This document shows positions 10,046 to 17,984 of a stretch of 18,186 bases of DNA, piece after piece. How positions within the stretch are numbered: the first letter of the stretch is position 1; each line of letters starts with the position of its first letter. The stretch is taken from assembly GCA_020725385.1 (NCBI GenBank), contig DYFC01000066.1, positions 1 to 18,186 on the forward strand, in the 5' to 3' direction. The notes under the pieces are model-generated. The model was not told the origin of the DNA. It saw nothing but the letters and a program-made list of their open reading frames with translations, and ran no database searches. The position numbers and the translations under genes were made by a program. This DNA is from Nitrospira japonica. Lineage in GTDB: Bacteria > Nitrospirota > Thermodesulfovibrionia > Thermodesulfovibrionales > SM23-35.

Positions 10046-13000
10046 ATGATTTATATGCCAAATGTAAACATTCCAAATCCATCAAACAAGAAAATACTTT
10101 CTATCGTGGTTCAGGGACGTAACGACAATTACATGGGAAATTTTATATGGAGACTTTCCACAAATATAAATAAGCAGTCAAAAAATATTTTTGCTCTTGG
10201 TTATGAAAATCAAGCTGAAATTATATTGGTCGATTGGGGAAGTGAAATTTCCCTTAAGGATGTATTAATACTCAATAATGAAGCAAAGTCTCTTCTAAGG
10301 ATAATAGAAGTTCCACCATGGATAGCAAACAAATACAATCTTGACTCGCCCTATTCCTGTGTTCATGCTATTAACACAGGAATAAGAAGAGCTCATGGAG
10401 AATATGTCCTTTTCTGCGATGGAGACACATATGTTCCTCTTAATTCAATGGAAAAGATTTTCAACATGTTAAACGACGGGAATTTGAACGGAATTCCTAT
10501 TAATAAACTGCTCCTTCTTGCCTCGCGTTACCATATACCTAAATCTTTTCAAGAGACAATGCCCGAACTTGAAGATATAGACAATTATATTGAGAAAAAT
10601 CTAATTACCCTTTCCCACGATAAAATTAATATTGATAATTTTATGGGCACTGCCACGGCTTATTTAATGTCAAGGGATTTATGGTTTGAATCCAGGGGGT
10701 TTGATGAAAAGCTTATTTACTGGGGATGGTTTGATATAGATCTTTTCTGCCGCATAATTACAAAGTATCCTGTCTTTGATTTTGAAGATTTTGGAATGCT
10801 TTTTTTTCATCTTGAACATTACACCGATTCGAAGAATCGTTCTCTTGAAAAAGAAAACCCGAGAAAACCAAATCCAATGATTTATCCTTCGGGATTCACA
10901 AATAACATGGAAAACTGGGGTTTATCATCCGAAAAGCTGTTGGAAACATTTTTATTTCCCATTATCTTTATACATAAAGGCGATAGCGATTATCTCACAT
11001 ATACCCTCAGGTGTGCCAAGTTGTTCAATCCACATTCAGAAATTATCTTGCTCGGCGATGAGGCAAACGAACATTTCAAATCTCATGGCATAAAACACTA
11101 TTATTATTCTGAATATGAAGGAGAAGAGTCCCGTCTGTTTGATTCAATATTTAAATATATTGCAGGTACAGACCACCCCGGGAAACCATGGTGGGTACAC
11201 TTTGTTTTCAAAAGATGGTTTCATGTCTATTTTTTCATTAAAAAACATAATATTTCCAGATTCTGGATTTTTGATTCCGACACCTTAATTCTTTCAGACT
11301 TAAGTAAACAGGCAATAAAGTTCATTGATTTCGATTGCACCGAACAGTGCAATGGTTCATGCATGAATGGTTTAATAGGAAATTCAGGTATAGTTAAAGG
11401 TTATATTGATACAATCAACAAGTTATTTCAGGATGAAGAATTTCTCTTAAAACAACAAAAAGAATTCGAGACAAAAAAAACATATGCTTTTACAGAGATG
11501 AGGGCATACGTTTTTTTTAGAAATAATTCGGGTATCAAAACGATTCGCCTAAATTCAATAATTGATGGTGAAACTTTCGATGACTGTATCTGCCAGCAGC
11601 ATGATATGGAGATGGAAGGAGGAGTTAAAAAACTTTATTTTAAAAATAACAGCGTTTATCTTAAACATATTCCTGATCAAAAATTAATCAAAGCTAATAG
11701 CCTTAATATGAGCTGGGTGCCTGTTTCATTTATAAAACAAGTTTATGATATTGTAAGCGAGAAAAAACCCTTATCCTCACAACAGTCTTCAAAAAATGAA
11801 TTTTCCAGAAAAGATAGTGATTTGCCGGTACATTTTTTCACGATCGTACTTAACGGAGAACCCTTCATCAGGTATCATATTGAAGCATTCAAACAATTAC
11901 CATTCAAATGGCACTGGCATATTATTGAAGGCGTCGCGGACTTAAAACATGATACAGCATGGAGTCTGAAATATGGAGCAAGAATCACCGATGAGATACA
12001 TGATAAAGGCTTAAGCAATGACGGCACAACCGGCTATATAGACCAGATAAAAAAGCAATTTCCCGAAAACGTCTCTGTTTACCGTAAACCGGAAGGTATA
12101 TTCTGGGATGGCAAGATCGAAATGGTCAATGCCCCGCTTTCTAACATTAACGAAGAGTGTCTTCTCTGGCAGGTGGATGCTGACGAATTATGGACCGTAG
12201 AGCAGATATGCAAAACCCGTTCTCTTTTTATTGAAAATCCGGATAAGACCGCTGCTTACTATTACTGCCATTATTTTGTCGGCGAAAAACTTATTATTTC
12301 AACACGTAATACATATGGTAATCATACTGATTATGAATGGTTGAGAACATGGCGTTATATTCCCGGTGATCGCTGGATGGCACATGAACCTCCAAAACTT
12401 TTTAGAAAAACCGGGAACGAACAATGGATTGATATAGCTTCAATTAATATCTTCAGACACAATGAAACAGAAGAACACGGGCTCATTTTTCAGCATTATT
12501 CTTATGCAATAGAAGAACAATTATTTTTCAAGGAAAGATATTTCGGTTATTCTGGAGCAGTAAATAAATGGAAACTGCTCCAGAGACAGACTCACTTCCC
12601 TGTACTTTTAAGACATTTTTTCAACTGGGTTGAAGACAACGCGCTCGTTGATACAGTTGAAGCTTTAAATATAAAACCACTTGCATGGAAAGAAGTTGAA
12701 GGACAATGGCATTTCAGACATCATGAACTGCCTGAGGAACAAAAATCTTATGCCAGCACAAAGCAGCAAGCACACAAAACAGAAAAGAAACAAATTAAAG
12801 CCGGGAAAAATATCTTATGGATTCGCACAGATGCAATAGGCGATGCTATCCTATCAGCTTCAATGCTTCCTTATATCAGGGTGAAATATCCCGAAGCAAA
12901 TATAAATGTTGTTTGCCAGAAGCATATTGCAGAAATTTATGAACCATCTCCTTTTATTGATAGAATTATAGTTTTTGATGAAAAGCTTCTCTTTGATGAT

Positions 13001-16000
13001 AAAAATTATTTAAAAGCTATACTTAAAGAAATTCAGGACGTAAATGCCGATATTGCTTTTAATCCGGTTTATTCTCCAAAACCTGTTACAGACATTCTTA
13101 CTATCGGAAGTGTTGCAAAAGAAAAAATAGGACTTGAGGGTGATCTATCGAATATTCCTGCTGATTTTAGAGAAAACAGCAAAAAACACTATACTAAACT
13201 TATAAAAAGCGAAGGCATATTCAAGGCCGAAATTGAAAGACACCGGGATTTTCTCAAAGGTCTTGATATTAATCCATTGGAACTAAAACCCGTTATATGG
13301 CTAACAGAAGAAGACGAAGAATATGCCGATAATTTTTTTAGAATTCGTAACATTGTTCCTGAGAATACAATTATTCTTGCCAGTTGCGCTCAGTTTATTA
13401 TCAAATATTATCAACATTATGGAATAGCACTTTCTAAGATATGCAAGGAAAATGATTTTACCGTAGTTGCAGTTGGAGCAGATCATGAAAAAGAGAGGAA
13501 TCAATTCAATCTGAACATGATCGGTTCCAGCACGATAAATCTATGCGGTCAGACAACAATCCGCCAGACCGCTGCTTTAGTTAAGAGAAGCCGTCTTGTT
13601 GTTAGTGCTGACTCAGCAGTTGGTCATATTGCCTGTGCTGTTGGAACACCTAATGTAATCATTATTGGAGGCGGACAATTCGGGAGATTTTTCCCTTACT
13701 CACCTTTAACTGCTGTTGTCTGTCACCCTATGCAGTGCTATCAGTGTAACTGGGCTTGTAAATTTCCGAGACCTTATTGCATTCAAAATATTTCTTCTAT
13801 AAGTTTATCCGAAGCTATCAGGGAAACATTGAATGGAATTCCGGATAGACCAAGAATATTTTTTGAAACAGATGCTATAAAAGACAAAATTCAGGGTCAG
13901 GATTACTGGAAATGGTTCGGGGAGTATATTAAATTTACGCCTTCAGATTTGATACCTATTGAAAAAAGTCCTGAGTCAGATAAAAAATCGCCCCCTAATC
14001 TTGAAAAAACAGGAAGAATAACCTTTTCAAAACTTGATGAAAATGCAATCATTGGTGGAGGATTCATCGCCACAACATTCAAGGCAGGTTTGTGCAACAG
14101 AATATTAGAATGGACAATTCTCAGAGAAATTAGCGAAAAATACGGGATGACAATTCTCGTTGACTGGGAAGAGGTAAAAGACGGCTCGATAATATTACCT
14201 TCAACACAATATTTTGATCTTTCAACTGCGTCCTCTGAAATTGCCGGAACATTTATACCTTTAAGAACCGACCTTCCCGATATAAACTCACTTGATGATC
14301 TAAAAATCGAGAAAAATAAAAATTATATTCTAATATGCGAATGGAATTACAAACGTAGTCTTACAGATGAGAAAAAACGAATTCAGGAAATCCAGATTGG
14401 CAAAAGATATTCTGACAGGATTAATGATTTTCTTAAAGAATATGAAAAAAATGTTATTGTCGGCCTTCATGTACGAAGAGGTGATTATATTCCTACAGAG
14501 AAATTTCTACTGTCAGATAAAAAATTTTATCGGATACCGGATGAGTGGTATCTCAATATCGCAAAACAGATTTTGAATGAAATACCCGGTGCAAAATTTT
14601 TTCTTGCAACAGATGCCACCGAAGAAGAGAAAAAAATATTTAGAGAAAATCTACCTGTAATATCTATATCAGCCGGCAAAGAAACACCCCGTCTTGATAT
14701 ACTTGAACTTTTTACCCTTTCGAGCCTTCCAGCAATTATATGTTCTGTCTCGACTTTCAGTATATTTGCAAGAGATTACGGTAGGGAAAAGGTTTCTGTA
14801 TGGCCTAAAGAACCGTATCAGGATATTAGAGATGAGATCGAAATGATAAAAAGAACATCTTCAACCTTTTCTTTAAAAATCAGCCCATCAGCAGCATTAC
14901 CAAGAATTTCTGTGGTTACACCTTCATTCAATCAGGGCCAATATATTGAAAAGACAATTCTTAGCGTACTCGAGCAGGGTTATCCTGACTTCGAGCACAT
15001 AGTAATTGATGGTGGCTCTACAGACAATACACCGGACATTCTAAAAAAATATCCGCACTTAAAATGGATATCCGAAAAAGATGAAGGTCAGGCTGATGCT
15101 TTAAATAAAGGATTCAGGATGGCCAGCGGAGACATTATTGCATGGATTAATTCAGATGACTGGTACGAGCCTGAAGCTTTTAATACAGTTGCCATGTGGT
15201 TCAAAGAAAATCCGGATAAGAATATTGTTATGGGTGATTGTAATCTGATTGACAGAAACGGGACAGTATTTTACGTAGCAGAAAACTATGAACGTGGCTT
15301 CGAAGAGATAAGCCGCTTCTGGATAACAGGCTCTATTCCAACACAACCTGCAATTTTCTTCAGGAAGAGTCTGCTCGATGAATTTGGCTATCTTGATAAA
15401 TCTCTTCATTATGCTATGGACTATGACCTCTGGATAAGATTTGCAGGTAAGAACCGTTTTTATCACATTAAAAAAATTGTTGCCAACTATCTTTTCCATG
15501 AAGGTTCGAAGGGTGGTATCCATCAGGATTGGGACAAGTTTATCCCTGATTGCAAGAAGGTATTCAAAAAACACGTTCTTTCCAGAAGACCTCCTGAAGT
15601 TTCTGTTGTAATTGCCTGTTATAATCAGGCTGTTTTTTTACCGGAAGCTGTCAGGAGTGTTACAGAGCAGGTATTTCAGGATTTTGAAATAATCATTGTC
15701 AACGATGGAAGCACGGATAATACAGAACAGGTTGCTGAAATGCTCGTTCAAAAATATCCTGACAATATTATAAAAATAATAAATCAAAAAAATATGGGTG
15801 TTTCTGCAGCAAGAAATGCTGGAATTAAAGCTTCAAGTGGAAAATATATTCTTCCTCTGGATGCCGATGACATGCTTCATCCTGATATGCTTTTACGGAC
15901 AACAGGACTTTTGGATACATACCCGGAAGTAGGGATAGCATATACCGATGTTCAAAAATTCGGGAAATTAGAAGAATACTGGCAGTCATGGGATTGGGAT

Positions 16001-17644
16001 TTAAACAGGCTTTGCTTTCAGAATATACTGCCTTATTGTTCGCTTTACCGGAGAGAAGTATGGGATACCGCCGGTGGATACAAAGAAAGAATTATTTTTG
16101 GATATGAAGACTGGGATTTCTGGATAAGTTGCGCTGAAAAAGGTATAACAGGCAAACGCATTCCTGAAAATCTATTAATATATCGTACGAAAGAAACAAG
16201 CCGGGACACAGAAGCAATTAAAAGCCATGAAAAATTGTTTGCCCATATTGTTTTAAACCATCCTTCATTGTATAAATCCGATACAATTGCATGGGCAAAA
16301 AGTGTTGTAGGAACTTTAGAAAATTCAGACGTAGTAAAAGATGATAAGGTTGCTTCAATTTCCACTAAGGGATTCTTTAAACCAATGAATATTCTTCTTT
16401 GTGTTCATAGTTTTCCAACACAGAGAATGGCGGGCACAGAGCTCTATGTCTATCATTTAGCAAAGGAATTAATGAATAAAGGACATAATATCAAGGTGCT
16501 TTATCCTGTATATGATAATAATTCGGATTACATTGATATAAAAGAAGATAGTTTCGAAAATATCACGCTTGCGCAGATGCATTTGAGACCCCCTTCCAAT
16601 ATAATCGAGCATTTCAAAAATGAACAGGCAGCGAATGTTTTTAATAATTATATATCCTTGAATCCACCCGATATAGTTCACTTTCATCATTTCATGGGAA
16701 TTTCTGCTTCTCCGCTTAAAGCATGTCACGAACAAAATATCCCTTCAGTTGTAACTTTGCATGATGAATGGATTTTGTGCGAACAGCTTCATTACCTTCT
16801 GCCAGATGGCACCTTCTGTAGCGGTCCGGAAACAATTCAGAAATGCGTTGAATGCTTCATTATACGTCATCCAGAGATTCAACTAACCAATATAAAAGAA
16901 AATATATACGAGGCTTTTGTTCTAAGACGCCGGTTTTTTATCGAGGCTCTTAAGTGGATAACTACTTTAATTGTCCCTTCTTTATTTTTGAAAAACGAGT
17001 TAACAAAACATAAATTTATACATCCTAATATATTACATGTACCTCTTGGACTTCATACTTTTACTTCTGTCCCGTATAAGATGTCGCCTGATACCACAAG
17101 ATTGACATATCTCGGAAATATAAATTTTACCAAGGGATTCGACGTTCTGATCAAAGCATTTAATCTAATTAATATAAACAGAGCGGAACTGAATGTTTAT
17201 GGAAAAGTGCAGGATGAAGTATTCTTCCATCAGGTAATGTCCCTTAACATGAAACCTTATCAGGTTAAGATTCATGGACAATATAATCCGTCCGAATTGC
17301 CCAAAATCTTATCAAAAACAGATTTAGCTGTTATACCTTCACGCTCGGAAAACTACCCCTTTGTTGTTAGAGAATGTCTTCATGCCAGTGTTCCTGTTAT
17401 TGCTTCAAATGTCGGCGGCATACCCGAAATTATAAAGAATGCTGAAAATGGACTATTGTTTGAGTCAGGAAATTTTCAGGATCTTGCATCCAAATTAATG
17501 CTTTTGATTATGAATCCGAAAATGTTGTTGAATTTCAGAAAAAACATTAAACCTGTAAAAAGCATCGAAGAAGATGCTTCTGAATTGGAGAACATATATA
17601 AAGAAATTCTTGAGAATAAAAAATTAATACTCAGGAAAAAATAA
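10046..17644 (+). CDS. Giant multi-module glycosyltransferase (about 8 modules: three divergent GT-A-like, GT9-like, GT11-like, two GT2, GT4)
   Basis: 2532-aa uninterrupted ORF. Motifs: FCDGD and RGFDEKLIYWGWFDIDL; FDSDTLI; VDADELW; ILWIRTDAIGD and DSAVGHIACAVGTP; GLCNRI, HVRRGDY and STFS; ISVVTPSFNQ, DGGSTD and NSDD; VSVVIACYNQ, NDGSTD and LDADD; MNILLCVHSFP, GTELYV and ENYPFVVRE. Start could alternatively be ATG 10055. Confidence 0.92.
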   Translation: MIYMPNVNIPNPSNKKILSIVVQGRNDNYMGNFIWRLSTNINKQSKNIFALGYENQAEIILVDWGSEISLKDVLILNNEAKSLLRIIEVPPWIANKYNLDSPYSCVHAINTGIRRAHGEYVLFCDGDTYVPLNSMEKIFNMLNDGNLNGIPINKLLLLASRYHIPKSFQETMPELEDIDNYIEKNLITLSHDKINIDNFMGTATAYLMSRDLWFESRGFDEKLIYWGWFDIDLFCRIITKYPVFDFEDFGMLFFHLEHYTDSKNRSLEKENPRKPNPMIYPSGFTNNMENWGLSSEKLLETFLFPIIFIHKGDSDYLTYTLRCAKLFNPHSEIILLGDEANEHFKSHGIKHYYYSEYEGEESRLFDSIFKYIAGTDHPGKPWWVHFVFKRWFHVYFFIKKHNISRFWIFDSDTLILSDLSKQAIKFIDFDCTEQCNGSCMNGLIGNSGIVKGYIDTINKLFQDEEFLLKQQKEFETKKTYAFTEMRAYVFFRNNSGIKTIRLNSIIDGETFDDCICQQHDMEMEGGVKKLYFKNNSVYLKHIPDQKLIKANSLNMSWVPVSFIKQVYDIVSEKKPLSSQQSSKNEFSRKDSDLPVHFFTIVLNGEPFIRYHIEAFKQLPFKWHWHIIEGVADLKHDTAWSLKYGARITDEIHDKGLSNDGTTGYIDQIKKQFPENVSVYRKPEGIFWDGKIEMVNAPLSNINEECLLWQVDADELWTVEQICKTRSLFIENPDKTAAYYYCHYFVGEKLIISTRNTYGNHTDYEWLRTWRYIPGDRWMAHEPPKLFRKTGNEQWIDIASINIFRHNETEEHGLIFQHYSYAIEEQLFFKERYFGYSGAVNKWKLLQRQTHFPVLLRHFFNWVEDNALVDTVEALNIKPLAWKEVEGQWHFRHHELPEEQKSYASTKQQAHKTEKKQIKAGKNILWIRTDAIGDAILSASMLPYIRVKYPEANINVVCQKHIAEIYEPSPFIDRIIVFDEKLLFDDKNYLKAILKEIQDVNADIAFNPVYSPKPVTDILTIGSVAKEKIGLEGDLSNIPADFRENSKKHYTKLIKSEGIFKAEIERHRDFLKGLDINPLELKPVIWLTEEDEEYADNFFRIRNIVPENTIILASCAQFIIKYYQHYGIALSKICKENDFTVVAVGADHEKERNQFNLNMIGSSTINLCGQTTIRQTAALVKRSRLVVSADSAVGHIACAVGTPNVIIIGGGQFGRFFPYSPLTAVVCHPMQCYQCNWACKFPRPYCIQNISSISLSEAIRETLNGIPDRPRIFFETDAIKDKIQGQDYWKWFGEYIKFTPSDLIPIEKSPESDKKSPPNLEKTGRITFSKLDENAIIGGGFIATTFKAGLCNRILEWTILREISEKYGMTILVDWEEVKDGSIILPSTQYFDLSTASSEIAGTFIPLRTDLPDINSLDDLKIEKNKNYILICEWNYKRSLTDEKKRIQEIQIGKRYSDRINDFLKEYEKNVIVGLHVRRGDYIPTEKFLLSDKKFYRIPDEWYLNIAKQILNEIPGAKFFLATDATEEEKKIFRENLPVISISAGKETPRLDILELFTLSSLPAIICSVSTFSIFARDYGREKVSVWPKEPYQDIRDEIEMIKRTSSTFSLKISPSAALPRISVVTPSFNQGQYIEKTILSVLEQGYPDFEHIVIDGGSTDNTPDILKKYPHLKWISEKDEGQADALNKGFRMASGDIIAWINSDDWYEPEAFNTVAMWFKENPDKNIVMGDCNLIDRNGTVFYVAENYERGFEEISRFWITGSIPTQPAIFFRKSLLDEFGYLDKSLHYAMDYDLWIRFAGKNRFYHIKKIVANYLFHEGSKGGIHQDWDKFIPDCKKVFKKHVLSRRPPEVSVVIACYNQAVFLPEAVRSVTEQVFQDFEIIIVNDGSTDNTEQVAEMLVQKYPDNIIKIINQKNMGVSAARNAGIKASSGKYILPLDADDMLHPDMLLRTTGLLDTYPEVGIAYTDVQKFGKLEEYWQSWDWDLNRLCFQNILPYCSLYRREVWDTAGGYKERIIFGYEDWDFWISCAEKGITGKRIPENLLIYRTKETSRDTEAIKSHEKLFAHIVLNHPSLYKSDTIAWAKSVVGTLENSDVVKDDKVASISTKGFFKPMNILLCVHSFPTQRMAGTELYVYHLAKELMNKGHNIKVLYPVYDNNSDYIDIKEDSFENITLAQMHLRPPSNIIEHFKNEQAANVFNNYISLNPPDIVHFHHFMGISASPLKACHEQNIPSVVTLHDEWILCEQLHYLLPDGTFCSGPETIQKCVECFIIRHPEIQLTNIKENIYEAFVLRRRFFIEALKWITTLIVPSLFLKNELTKHKFIHPNILHVPLGLHTFTSVPYKMSPDTTRLTYLGNINFTKGFDVLIKAFNLININRAELNVYGKVQDEVFFHQVMSLNMKPYQVKIHGQYNPSELPKILSKTDLAVIPSRSENYPFVVRECLHASVPVIASNVGGIPEIIKNAENGLLFESGNFQDLASKLMLLIMNPKMLLNFRKNIKPVKSIEEDASELENIYKEILENKKLILRKK

Positions 17645-17666
17645 GAAATGGCTCCCGGGGAGGGAC

Positions 17667-17684
17667 TCCCGACATCCGTCGGGA
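17667..17684. repeat. 18-nt REP-like palindrome B
   Basis: TCCCGAC-ATCC-GTCGGGA, perfect 7-bp stem with 4-nt loop. Confidence 0.9.
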
Positions 17685-17692
17685 CAGGGTGG

Positions 17693-17976
17693 TTAATCCC
17701 GAACGCCTTCGGGACTCTGCCGACTGAGCAGGTAATCGATATATGCTCTGCTTTTCTTACCCTTAATCTCTTTCTCCCGTTTCATCGCTGCCGAACGGGT
17801 CTCATATTCCTCTGTGTACACGCATCTCCACGGTCCTTTTTTGCTTTTTGTGTGTTTTGACCCATGATATTTGGAATCGTTATGTTGATAGATTCGACGT
17901 GCAAGATTATCCGTATGACCAACATAGTACTCAGAGGTTGATTCACTTTGTAGTATATATATATAAAGTATGACAT
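17693..17976 (-). pseudogene. Small GIY-YIG nuclease (YhbQ/UPF0213/Slx1-like), frameshifted in a (TA)6 tract
   Basis: Manual translation with one TA unit removed from 17954-17965 gives 93 aa: MSYFIYILQSESTSEYYVGHTDNLARRIYQHNDSKYHGSKHTKSKKGPWRCVYTEEYETRSAAMKREKEIKGKKSRAYIDYLLSRQSPEGVRD. It has YIL/YVG strands, RR..QHN, GPW and AMKREKEIK (catalytic Arg and Glu). Confidence 0.92.
17697..17714. repeat. 18-nt REP-like palindrome A
   Basis: TCCCGAA-CGCC-TTCGGGA, perfect 7-bp stem with 4-nt loop. Confidence 0.9.
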
Positions 17977-17984
17977 GGATAATT

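Larger units (their letters stand above)
17649..17729 (-). pseudogene. 5'-truncated, palindrome-interrupted copy of tRNA-Asn
   Basis: Three blocks identical to the tRNA at 17985-18060: tRNA nt 10-24 (17715-17729), nt 35-48 (17683-17696) and nt 57-76 including CCA (17649-17668). The intervening segments are replaced by palindromes and nt 1-9 are absent. Confidence 0.93.

Noticed and set aside
13301-16735. Small ORFs nested in the giant glycosyltransferase
   Set aside because: Antisense or frame shadows with no independent evidence.
17649-17668. Classical att site of an integrase-driven island
   Set aside because: It is only about 316 bp from the tRNA, the enclosed DNA encodes no recombinase, and homology extends back to tRNA nt 10 with internal replacements.
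17649-17729. Functional second tRNA or intron-containing tRNA
   Set aside because: Lacks nt 1-9, the 5' anticodon stem, the wobble base and the GGTTC of the T-arm; sequence is replaced, so splicing could not restore a tRNA.
17648-17860. 70-aa plus-strand ORF
   Set aside because: Antisense to the tRNA copy and GIY-YIG gene; no recognisable motif or RBS.
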